Assembly: GCF_001548275.1 (NCBI RefSeq) | Contig: NZ_AP014945.1 | Coordinates: 1,140,001-1,172,000, forward strand | DNA: 32,000 nt | From: Caldimicrobium thiodismutans | GTDB taxonomy: Bacteria > Desulfobacterota > Thermodesulfobacteria > Thermodesulfobacteriales > Thermodesulfobacteriaceae | Reading direction: 5' to 3' | In this document: positions 16,936-24,551 of the stretch, piece by piece | Position numbering within the stretch: the stretch's first letter is position 1 | Layout of the letters: each line of letters opens with the position of its first letter | Made by a program: the position numbers and the translations under genes | Notes under the pieces: generated by a model | What the model was told of the DNA's origin: nothing | The model's database searches: none | What the model saw: the letters and a program-made list of their open reading frames with translations, nothing else

Positions 16936-17455
16936 AAAGGTTGAGCCTGTTCTTTTTTTCATTGCCCTTATGGAAAGAGAATATAACTCTTTTAAAAGGA
17001 TAAAAGATATCTTAGAAAAAGATCTTGGAATGGTGCTTCTTCAGAGTCAGACTTTTGATTTTTCTAAATTTACGGACTATTATATAGAAGAGATGGGTAG
17101 TCCCCTTTGGAAGACCTTTTACTTCTTTGAATATCTTAAGGAACCTGAGTTTTTGGTTGAGCTAAAACATATCTGTTATAGCTTAGAGAGAGAAACAGCG
17201 GATTTGGATGGAAAGAGAAACCTTAATCTTGACCCTGGATATCTTACCCTATCCAAGGTTGTCCTTGCTACCTTCAAGGATTATGCGCATAGGATCTATT
17301 TGGGAAGGTCTGTTTTTGCTGAGGTAACTCTTATTTACAGAAGCGGAGGCTTTCAAAGTTTACCCTGGACCTATCCAGATTATAAAGAAAAGATGACCCT
17401 TGAATATTTTAATCGGGCAAGAGCCCTTTATAAGGATAGACTTCGTGCTCATTGA
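16922..17455 (+). CDS. DUF4416-like protein, function unknown
   Basis: 177 aa. The pattern PVLFFIAL...[27 protein letters not shown]...AEVTLIY...WTYPDY recalls DUF4416. It has a 14-nt overlap with the upstream gene. Confidence 0.5.
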   Translation: MSHPKKVEPVLFFIALMEREYNSFKRIKDILEKDLGMVLLQSQTFDFSKFTDYYIEEMGSPLWKTFYFFEYLKEPEFLVELKHICYSLERETADLDGKRNLNLDPGYLTLSKVVLATFKDYAHRIYLGRSVFAEVTLIYRSGGFQSLPWTYPDYKEKMTLEYFNRARALYKDRLRAH

Positions 17456-18404
17456 TAATTACGGAAGAAAAATTGAATATCTTAGGATTTCTGTAACAGA
17501 TAGATGTAATTTTAGATGTATTTATTGCCAGAGTAGAGAACCTATTAAATTTATCCCTCATGAAGAGCTTCTTACCTATGAGGAGATCGAAGAGGTGGTA
17601 AGAACAGCAGTTGAACTTGGAGTAAAAAGAGTCAGGCTTACAGGGGGGGAACCCTTAGGTAGAAAGGGTATTGAGGGCTTAGTGGAAAGATTATCAAAAA
17701 TAGAGGGACTTCAGGATTTGAGTCTAACTACCAATGGATACCTTCTTTTGGAAAAGGCTGAAATTCTAAAAAGGGCAGGCCTTAAAAGATTGAATATAAG
17801 TCTTGATACCCTTAAAGAAGAAAAGTTTGAAAAGATTACCGGTGGATTTAGTTTTGATAAAATCTGGAAAGGAGTATTAAAGGCCCTGGAGGTAGGTTTT
17901 GAACCCTTAAAGATTAACATGGTAGTAATCAGGGGTCTGAATGATGATGAGATTATTGATATGGCTAAGTTGACTTTGAGGTATCCCTGGGAGATAAGGT
18001 TTATAGAGTTTATGCCAATTGGGGGGAGTGTGCTCTGGAATGAAGAAAATGTCGTATCTATAAGCGAGATTAAGAAAATCTTAGAAACCTTTTTCCCCCT
18101 TGAACCTGTATCCTCCTTTGGAGGAGGGCCAGCGCGGGTTTTTAAGTGGAAGGATGCTGTCGGAAAGCTTGGATTTATCTCTCCCCTCAGTGAGCATTTT
18201 TGTAATAAATGTAATCGCTTCAGAATTACTGCCAATGGCATGCTCAGGACTTGTCTTTTTTCAGATGAAGAAATAAATTTGAAGGATTATTTAAGGGGGG
18301 GTAAGGGGTCTCTTAAAGAGGCTTTTTTCCTTGCTTTACAAAGAAAACCTGAAAAAAGGCTTCTAAAGCCTACACAAAGGCCAATGAGAGCCATTGGAGG
18401 ATAA
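17445..18404 (+). CDS. moaA: GTP 3',8-cyclase MoaA (radical SAM, molybdenum cofactor biosynthesis)
   Basis: The track ORF begins at TTG 17400. I prefer GTG 17445, which gives [28 protein letters not shown] (canonical MoaA N-terminus with the CxxxCxxC cluster). C-terminal cluster cysteines CNKCNRFRITANGMLRTC and a terminal GG are present. Confidence 0.88.
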   Translation: MLIDNYGRKIEYLRISVTDRCNFRCIYCQSREPIKFIPHEELLTYEEIEEVVRTAVELGVKRVRLTGGEPLGRKGIEGLVERLSKIEGLQDLSLTTNGYLLLEKAEILKRAGLKRLNISLDTLKEEKFEKITGGFSFDKIWKGVLKALEVGFEPLKINMVVIRGLNDDEIIDMAKLTLRYPWEIRFIEFMPIGGSVLWNEENVVSISEIKKILETFFPLEPVSSFGGGPARVFKWKDAVGKLGFISPLSEHFCNKCNRFRITANGMLRTCLFSDEEINLKDYLRGGKGSLKEAFFLALQRKPEKRLLKPTQRPMRAIGG

Positions 18405-18407
18405 TTC

Positions 18408-19268
18408 ATGGAAGAGGAAAATAGGGAGATCTATCTTGCCTTTGGGGTCTTAAAACCTGATAGACCCGACAGAATTCTTAAACTTACAAAGCCTGTTAGC
18501 CGGGGGTCCTTTGTCTTGGTTGAGTTTCCTGAAGGAAGAAAGGAGGTGTTTATAATAAAAGATTATTGCTATCGCTTTCCCTTTGATTTGAAAGATCTTC
18601 CTGTAGTTTTACGCAAGGCCAACCCTAAGGAAATTTCTGCTTTTGAAAAGAGGCGTGAGCTTGAGGCAAAAGGTAAGGAACTCTGTGAGACCTTTGCAAA
18701 GGAGCTTGCCCTTGAGATGAATTTGGTAGATGTGGAGTGTTATTTTGATAAGAGTAAGATTATCTTTTATTATACAGCTGAAGGCCGTATTGACTTTAGA
18801 GAGCTCGTGAAACAACTTGCCAGGGCTCTCAGAATGAGGATAGAGATGCGCCAGATTGGGGTAAGGAACGAGACCGCTTTAATTGGAGGCCTTGGAATCT
18901 GTGGAAAGGAGTTTTGCTGTGCCCAGTTTTTAAAAAATTTTGCCTCTCTTTCAATTAAAATGGCCAAGGATCAGGGTCTAATTCTTGATCCTAATAAGAT
19001 ATCAGGACCCTGTGGAAGATTACTCTGCTGTCTCTCCTATGAAGAAGCTCTTTATCAAGAGTTTCTATCTGATCTTCCCAGGGCAGGAAGTAAGATAAGT
19101 CTCTCGGGGAGAAACTTCAGGGTAATTAAATACAATTTTTTTCAAGCTACAGCTACCCTTGAAAGCGAAGAGGGAGGCTTTTACACAGTTCCCATTACAG
19201 AACTGAAAAATTATATTATTATGGAGACTGATGACTCTGAAGAAGGAGTAAAGGAGTGGCAGGGGTAA
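18408..19268 (+). CDS. PSP1 domain protein (YaaT/RicT-like)
   Basis: 286 aa with the PSP1 C-terminal domain signature IIFYYTAEGRIDFRELVKQLARALRMRIEMRQIGVRNE...GICGKEFCCAQFL...PCGRLLCCLSYE. Confidence 0.8.
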   Translation: MEEENREIYLAFGVLKPDRPDRILKLTKPVSRGSFVLVEFPEGRKEVFIIKDYCYRFPFDLKDLPVVLRKANPKEISAFEKRRELEAKGKELCETFAKELALEMNLVDVECYFDKSKIIFYYTAEGRIDFRELVKQLARALRMRIEMRQIGVRNETALIGGLGICGKEFCCAQFLKNFASLSIKMAKDQGLILDPNKISGPCGRLLCCLSYEEALYQEFLSDLPRAGSKISLSGRNFRVIKYNFFQATATLESEEGGFYTVPITELKNYIIMETDDSEEGVKEWQG

Positions 19269-21175
19269 AAATCTATCTTACTACGCCCATTTACTATGTA
19301 AATAGCTATCCTCATCTTGGACATGCCTATACCACTATAGTTGCCGATGCCTTAGCCAGATTTTATCGCCAGAAAGGATATGAGGTCTTTTTTTTAACTG
19401 GCACTGATGAGCATGGAGATAAAATTGTCAAGGCGGCTCAGGAAAGGGGTAAGAGCCCGAAGGAATTTGTAGATGATGTAGCAGGAGCCTTTAAAAAAAC
19501 CTGGAACGCCCTTGGTTTAACCTATAATCATTTTATTCGCACCACAGACCTTGAGCATAAAAAAACTGTTCAATATATCCTCCAGACCCTTTATGAAAAA
19601 GGGGAGTTTTACCTTGATGAGTATGAGGGGGCTTATTGCTTTGGATGTGAGAGGTTTTTAACCTCTAAGGAGCTTGATGAAAGGGGATATTGTAGGGACC
19701 ACCAGAGGGCACCTGTGTGGCTTAGGGAAAAGAATTATTTCTTCAATCTGGAGAAATATCGTCCTTGGCTCAGAGATTACCTTCAGCAGGAAGACTTAAT
19801 TTATCCCTCCTTTTACAAAGAGGAGGTGCTAAATCTTCTGGATGAGCCCCTTCCTCCCCTTTGTATATCAAGACCTAAGAGCAGACTGGCTTGGGGTATT
19901 GAACTACCCTTTGACCGGGACTATGTGACTTATGTTTGGTTTGATGCCCTGATTAATTATCTCTCAGGGATTGGGTTTCCTGAAAATCCCGATTGGAAAG
20001 CTCTCTGGAAGGAAAGTCATCACTTTATTGCTAAGGACATTCTCAAGCCCCATGCCATTTACTGGCCTATTATCCTCAAGGCCCTTGGGCTCCCCATTTA
20101 TAAAAAGCTTTATGTGCATGGCTACTGGCTTATACACAAGATAAAGATGTCCAAGTCCTTAGGCAATGTAGTTGAGCCTCTTGAGCTTTCTAAACAATTT
20201 GGGAATGACCCCTTGAGATATTTTTTACTCAGGGAGATGGCCTTTGGTTATGATGCTGAATTTAGTCTTGAACAGTTTTTTATTCGTTATAATGCTGATT
20301 TAGCCAATGATTATGGAAATCTCGTTTACAGAACCCTCAACCTTGTAGAGAAATACTTCCGGGGAGAGGTCCCGCCTTATGAAAGTTTGCAAACTGAAGA
20401 TTATGAGTTGAGAGAAAAGGTGGAATCTGCAGTAAATAAGTATTTTAGTCTTTTTGAAAACCTGCAATTTCATTTGGCTATTGAAGAACTTTTTCAGGCT
20501 ATTCGGTTTGCCAATGTTTATATTGATCGGACAGCTCCTTGGAAGGAGATGAAGGAGGGGAGAAGGTCACGGGCTGGTACAATCTTGAGAAATCTGCTTT
20601 CAGCTATAAGGAGCTTTGCTCTTGCCTTAAGCCCGGTTTTACCAGAAAGTTCAAGTAAACTTTTGGAAAACCTTTCTCTAAATCCGACAGAAATCTCCTT
20701 TAAGGAGATATTTGATTGGTCACTGCCAAAGACCGGGTCTATAGTTAAAAAGGGGGAGCCCCTTTTTCCAAGACTTGAAAAGCAGCCAAGTAAATCTGAA
20801 CCTGAAGAGGAGGCAAAAATAATGGACCTACCAGTGCAGACAGGGGAAAAGATTGAGCTTTTTTCTATTGAGGAGTTCAGAAAATGGGATCTCAGGATTG
20901 GAAAAATTGTCTCTGCTGAAAAGGTAGAAGGGACAGATAAGTTGTTAAAACTTGAGGTTCTTTGTCCTGAAAAAAGACAAATTGTTTCAGGGATAGCTCA
21001 ATTTTATAAGCCTGAAGAGCTTGTGGGAAAGGAGGTTGTGCTTGTCTTGAATCTCAAGCCTGCTAAAATTCGTGGAGTAATTTCCGAGGGTATGCTTCTT
21101 GCCTCGCATGATGAAAAGGGGCTTACTCTTCTTATTCCTGAAAGAGAGGTCTCACCGGGAGCTAAGGTTTCTTAA
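19256..21175 (+). CDS. metG: Methionine--tRNA ligase with C-terminal tRNA-binding (EMAP/Trbp111-like) domain
   Basis: 639 aa with a GTG start and an AAGGAG RBS 7 nt upstream. It has the HIGH motif (YPHLGHAY), KMSKS, a zinc knuckle CFGCERF...CRDH, and a C-terminal WDLRIGKIVSAEKVEGTDKLLKLEV. Confidence 0.93.
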   Translation: MAGVKIYLTTPIYYVNSYPHLGHAYTTIVADALARFYRQKGYEVFFLTGTDEHGDKIVKAAQERGKSPKEFVDDVAGAFKKTWNALGLTYNHFIRTTDLEHKKTVQYILQTLYEKGEFYLDEYEGAYCFGCERFLTSKELDERGYCRDHQRAPVWLREKNYFFNLEKYRPWLRDYLQQEDLIYPSFYKEEVLNLLDEPLPPLCISRPKSRLAWGIELPFDRDYVTYVWFDALINYLSGIGFPENPDWKALWKESHHFIAKDILKPHAIYWPIILKALGLPIYKKLYVHGYWLIHKIKMSKSLGNVVEPLELSKQFGNDPLRYFLLREMAFGYDAEFSLEQFFIRYNADLANDYGNLVYRTLNLVEKYFRGEVPPYESLQTEDYELREKVESAVNKYFSLFENLQFHLAIEELFQAIRFANVYIDRTAPWKEMKEGRRSRAGTILRNLLSAIRSFALALSPVLPESSSKLLENLSLNPTEISFKEIFDWSLPKTGSIVKKGEPLFPRLEKQPSKSEPEEEAKIMDLPVQTGEKIELFSIEEFRKWDLRIGKIVSAEKVEGTDKLLKLEVLCPEKRQIVSGIAQFYKPEELVGKEVVLVLNLKPAKIRGVISEGMLLASHDEKGLTLLIPEREVSPGAKVS

Positions 21176-21185
21176 GGAAGTTAAT

Positions 21186-21788
21186 ATGAGCTATTTTAAT
21201 CCCTTTGAGCTAAGTTTTGAAGCCCTTCTTGAGATCTGCAAGGAAAGACACGGACATCTTTGTGCCGGTCAGGTGCTGGGAGCAAGACTTGCCTTACTTG
21301 GTTTGGACTTAATTGGAATTAAAGATCCCTATGGAAAAGATAGAAAAAAATTTCTCGTCTATGTGGAAATTGATAGATGTGCAACAGATGCTATTCAGAC
21401 GGTTACCGGAGCCTCTCTTGGTAAAAGAACTATGAAATATTTAGACTTTGGGATTATGGCAGCAACTTTTTTAAATCTTGAGACAGGAAAGGCCTTTAGA
21501 GTCATAGCAAAGGAGGAGGCAAAAGAGAGTGCCAAAAGGTATTTTCCTGACCTTGAAAGTCCAGCCTTAAGAGAGCTTTCAGCTTATAAGATAATGCCCC
21601 TTGAGGAGCTTTTTGAGGTTAAAGAGGTAAAAGTCAAACTTAGGGAGGTTGATCTTCCCGGGAAGCCTCGTCAAAAGGTTATCTGTGAAGCCTGTGGAAT
21701 AGTAGTGCGCGATGGAAGACAGGTTGAAAAAGAGGGAAAAGTCTTCTGTAAAATCTGTGCAGGTTTGGGCTATTTTGAAGAGGTTTAG
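21186..21788 (+). CDS. FmdE-family protein with C-terminal zinc ribbon
   Basis: The start is trimmed to ATG 21186 (TAAGGAAG upstream), because the track ORF start at 21099 overlaps metG. It has an HGHLCAGQVLGARLA motif and a C-terminal CEACG...CKIC. Confidence 0.65.
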   Translation: MSYFNPFELSFEALLEICKERHGHLCAGQVLGARLALLGLDLIGIKDPYGKDRKKFLVYVEIDRCATDAIQTVTGASLGKRTMKYLDFGIMAATFLNLETGKAFRVIAKEEAKESAKRYFPDLESPALRELSAYKIMPLEELFEVKEVKVKLREVDLPGKPRQKVICEACGIVVRDGRQVEKEGKVFCKICAGLGYFEEV

Positions 21789-21791
21789 AGT

Positions 21792-22133
21792 TTAGCCAGG
21801 AGGCCATTCCATAGGTCTTCCCGCAAGCACATGAAAATGCACATGAAAGACTGTTTGCCCAGCCTCTTCTTTGCAATTTACCACTACCCGATAACCCCTC
21901 TCAGCAAAACCAAGCTCCTTTGCAATTTTATTTATCACCCCATAGATATGTCCAATTAGGACTTTATCCTCTTCTGTTAATTCCAAAAGAGTTGAAATAT
22001 GTTTTTTAGGAATAACCAGAATGTGATAGGGAGCCTGAGGGTTTATATCGTGAAAGGCAAGGACAAGGTCATCTTCATAAATCTGATTGGCTGGGATCTC
22101 TTTGTTAATAATTCTACAGAAGATGCAACTCAT
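21792..22133 (-). CDS. HIT-family (HinT-like) nucleotide hydrolase
   Basis: 113 aa with a CIFCRI N-terminus and the histidine triad HVHFHVLAG. A GGAGGG RBS is present. Confidence 0.9.
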   Translation of the reverse strand: MSCIFCRIINKEIPANQIYEDDLVLAFHDINPQAPYHILVIPKKHISTLLELTEEDKVLIGHIYGVINKIAKELGFAERGYRVVVNCKEEAGQTVFHVHFHVLAGRPMEWPPG

Positions 22134-22191
22134 TTTTCCCTCCTTCTAATTGAAGTTAAATTGAAAATTCTTAATCAGGGATACCTTTTTT

Positions 22192-22220
22192 AATATATCT
22201 TGAAAACTCTTTTTCGTCAA
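22192..22220 (-). promoter_or_regulatory. Candidate promoter (TTGACG-17-TATATT) for the HIT gene
   Basis: Minus-strand TTGACG (22220-22215), a 17-nt spacer and TATATT (22197-22192). The -35 box sits at the end of repeat copy C. Confidence 0.45.
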
Positions 22221-22366
22221 GTGTATGTATGCGTCCATATCTTTTGAGACTTTATAGGATTTTTTCTTAGGGCGCAACGCAAATGAAATCTCTCCACATA
22301 CCCATTCCCCTTCGGAAAGAGGAGCTTTTTTACCACCCTTCCTTTTTCTTGTAAGGATCTGCATGC
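22215..22366 (-). repeat. Dispersed intergenic repeat, copy C (module 1 + variable middle + module 2, ends in a -35 box)
   Basis: The reverse complement reads GCATGCAGATCCTTACAAGAAAAAGGAAGGGTGGTAAAAAAG ... AAAGTCTCAAAAGATATGGACGCATACATACACTTGACG. Confidence 0.7.
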
Positions 22367-22394
22367 GTCCAAATTTTTTGAAAGTGAAATCTGC
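22367..22394 (-). repeat. Extra module-2-like copy directly upstream of copy C
   Basis: The reverse complement GCAGATTTCACTTTCAAAAAATTTGGAC compares with copy B GCAGATTTCAAGTCTCAAAAGATATGGAC. Confidence 0.5.
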
Positions 22395-22472
22395 ATTTTT
22401 TAGCAGGTAAACTGGCGTAATTGCTCAACTTACTTTAGCTTTTCTAAACTCCAAAATAAATCTACCTAAAAT

Positions 22473-22512
22473 CTTTTTACCACTTTTTTCTTTTTAGAAT
22501 GCGACCATCTGC
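22473..22512 (-). repeat. Degenerate partial repeat copy further upstream
   Basis: The reverse complement GCAGATGGTCGCATTCTAAAAAGAAAAAAGTGGTAAAAAG resembles ...GGACGCATGCAGATCCTTACAAGAAAAAGGAAGGGTGGTAAAAAAG. Confidence 0.3.
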
Positions 22513-22590
22513 TTTTTTGGCATTTGGTAGGCAGAGAGGAAGAATCTTATTTATAAAAGAATATCTATTAATCTTATAGAAAAAATTTAT

Positions 22591-22619
22591 TTGACTTTTC
22601 ATAACTAAATCATTAATAT
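22591..22619 (+). promoter_or_regulatory. Candidate promoter (TTGACT-17-TAATAT) for the rhodanese selenoprotein gene
   Basis: TTGACT at 22591-22596, a 17-nt spacer and TAATAT at 22614-22619, about 40 nt upstream of ATG 22661 (RBS AAGGGGGTG). Confidence 0.45.
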
Positions 22620-22660
22620 CTTGATAAGATTATAACAATTTTAATTAAGGGGGTGTTTTT

Positions 22661-24028
22661 ATGGGAAGTAAGATCCTTATGAGGTTAGGTTTAATTGGAG
22701 GGTTACTTGGGAGTTCCTTTTTACTTTCGCAGGGGCTTAGTTCCTCTCAAAGTCCACAACTTCCAAGTATCCACAAAAGTTGTGGAATTGCAGGCTGTCA
22801 TAAGGCAGCTCCTTCTGAGTTCCGTGGAAATATAGTCTCTGTATCAGGAAAGGCTGAACTTATTCAAATTGACACAGGCCAGGTTATTGAGGTTAAATTT
22901 GATGATAATACCAAAGTAGTCAACTGGAATCAGCCTTTAAATAAGATTGGAAGGGGAACTCCCGTTAAGATAGTCTATACCCAGAAAGAAGGGAAGTATT
23001 ATGCCACTCTCGTGAGTGTAAAGCCACCCATGAGTGTCCCACCTGACCAGAGGATAAGTCTTGAAGATCTTAAGACAATCTGGGCTAATAAAGAAGGCCT
23101 AATTGTGGATGTTCGTCCTAAAGCTAAGTATGATGAGGGTCACATTCCTAGCTCAATTAATATCTTTATGGCTGATATGGATAAACACCTTGATAAGCTT
23201 CCCCAGGATAAAAAGGCTCTAATTGTATTTTACTGTGAAGGCCCGAGGTGAGCCCTTACTCCTGGGGCTGTCCGTAGGGCAGCTGGTTTTGGTTATACCA
23301 ATGTTAAGGGCTTTATTGAGGGGATTCCTGCTTGGCAAAAAGCCGGGCTTCCTGTAGCAATAACCTCAGATTACATTAAAAAATTTCTCAAGGAGGATAT
23401 GCCCTTTGTGCTTATTGATTTAAGGGAAAAGAAGGTAGCAGAAAAAGAACATCTCCCTAGTGCTATCAATATTCCCCTTAAAGAACTTGAAAAGTATAAA
23501 GACAAATTTCCAACCCATAAAAAAGCCCCTATTATAGTTTATGCAGATAGTGATGAACTTGCTATAAAGGGATTTAACATAGTTAGAAACTGGGGATATG
23601 AGCATACCGCTTATCTGCCCGGGGGAATCTCTGCTTGGAAACAGGCAGGAGGGCAGATTCTTGCAGGAGCTCTAAAAAAAGAAATTGTATATGTTCCTAA
23701 ACCCAAGCCAGGATCTTTTCCAGTAGAGGAGTTTAAAAAACTTGTGGCTTCACCTGAAATGTCAGACAAATACTTTATTATTGATGTCCGGGAGGCTGAT
23801 GAATATGCCACAGGGGCTTTTAAATACGCTAAAAATATCCCCCTTTCTCAACTTGAAGGAAGCCTTAATGAAATCCCCAAGGATAAAGAAATCATCCTTT
23901 ACTGTGCAACAGGTGTGAGATCTGAAATGGCCTATAATACCCTTAAAAAAGCAGGATTTAAGGTTTATTTTGTAGATGCAAAAATAGAATTTCAAAATGG
24001 AAAATATGAAATAATATCTAATCAGTAG
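22661..24028 (+). CDS. Exported triple-rhodanese-domain protein with selenocysteine (in-frame TGA at 23249-23251) in the first active-site loop (C-E-G-P-R-U)
   Basis: Track ORFs 22661..23251 and 23399..24028 are in the same frame, and the 147 nt between them have no stop. Read-through gives ...LIVFYCEGPR-TGA-ALTPGAVRRAAGFGYTNVKGFIEGIPAWQKAGLPVAI..., which completes a canonical rhodanese C-terminal half. Domain 2 lacks Cys (VYADSDE). Domain 3 has YCATGVRS. The N-terminus is signal-peptide-like (MGSKILMRLGLIGGLLGSSFLLSQG). Confidence 0.75.
23266..23284 (+). promoter_or_regulatory. Candidate bacterial SECIS hairpin for the rhodanese UGA
   Basis: GGCUGUCC-GUA-GGGCAGCU forms a 7-8 bp stem including G:U pairs, with an apical GUA loop. 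It starts about 15 nt after the UGA. Confidence 0.5.
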
Positions 24029-24040
24029 AATCCTATGTAA

Positions 24041-24078
24041 CCCCGGCCGGTTAATTTTTTTTCGGTCGGGGTTTTTTT
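24041..24078 (+). terminator. Rho-independent terminator of the rhodanese gene
   Basis: CCCCGGCCG-(13-nt loop)-CGGTCGGGG followed by TTTTTTT, 12 nt after the stop. Confidence 0.7.
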
Positions 24079-24086
24079 ATCAGATG

Positions 24087-24158
24087 TGGAGATGAGGGGA
24101 TTTGAACCCCCGACCTCCGGAGTGCGATTCCGGCGCTCTCCCTCTGAGCTACATCCCC
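24087..24158 (-). tRNA. tRNA-Ala (anticodon CGC), CCA not encoded
   Basis: The reverse complement is GGGGATGTAGCTCAGAGGGAGAGCGCCGGAATCGCACTCCGGAGGTCGGGGGTTCAAATCCCCTCATCTCCA. It folds as a cloverleaf with the G3:U70 Ala identity pair and anticodon loop AUCGCAC. Confidence 0.88.
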
Positions 24159-24168
24159 AAACTTTAAC

Positions 24169-24465
24169 TTAGGCTTCTGCCACAGTCTGAACTGAGGTCT
24201 TAATTTTGGCTTGATTAAGTTTGGAAAATAGCTCGGAGATCTTATTCCCTGCCTTGTTTTTGTGAAAAATGCCCTTGCTTACTCCTTTTTGTAAAAGGCT
24301 CTGGGCTACTCTTAATTGTCTTTCAGCAGCATCAAGATCATTATTTTCAAGAAGGCTTAAAAATTTTTTGATTTCTGTTTTAACCCGGCTTTTAAAAGTG
24401 CGATTACGCAATCTTCTTCTTTCACTTTGTCTTAATTCCTTTTCAGCTGATTTGTGTTGAGGCAC
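24169..24465 (-). CDS. rpsT: 30S ribosomal protein S20
   Basis: 98 aa starting MPQHKSAEKELRQSERRRLRNRTFKSRVKT, the typical S20 N-terminus. An AGGAGGG RBS is present. Confidence 0.92.
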   Translation of the reverse strand: MPQHKSAEKELRQSERRRLRNRTFKSRVKTEIKKFLSLLENNDLDAAERQLRVAQSLLQKGVSKGIFHKNKAGNKISELFSKLNQAKIKTSVQTVAEA

Positions 24466-24493
24466 CCTTTCCCTCCTAAAAAAGTTTTTTGTA

Positions 24494-24542
24494 AATTTAA
24501 TACCTTTTTTATGGTTGTCAACTTCTAATAAAATGGTATATT
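24494..24542. promoter_or_regulatory. Back-to-back divergent promoters for rpsT (-) and purL (+) sharing a palindromic -35 region
   Basis: Plus strand: TTGTCA (24515-24520), a 16-nt spacer and TATATT (24537-24542). Minus strand: TTGACA (24522-24517), a 17-nt spacer and TAAATT (24499-24494). Both -35 boxes lie in GGTTGTCAACT. Confidence 0.45.
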
Positions 24543-24551
24543 CCTAAACAT

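Noticed and set aside
22215-22512. Possible degenerate CRISPR array: 28-29 nt module-2 units (GCAGATTTCA..TCAAAAGATATGGAC)
   Set aside because: Only two or three diverged copies are present, with roughly 100-135 nt irregular spacing instead of 60-75 nt. Another copy lies 9 kb away next to a tRNA. There are no cas genes or leader-like context in the window.
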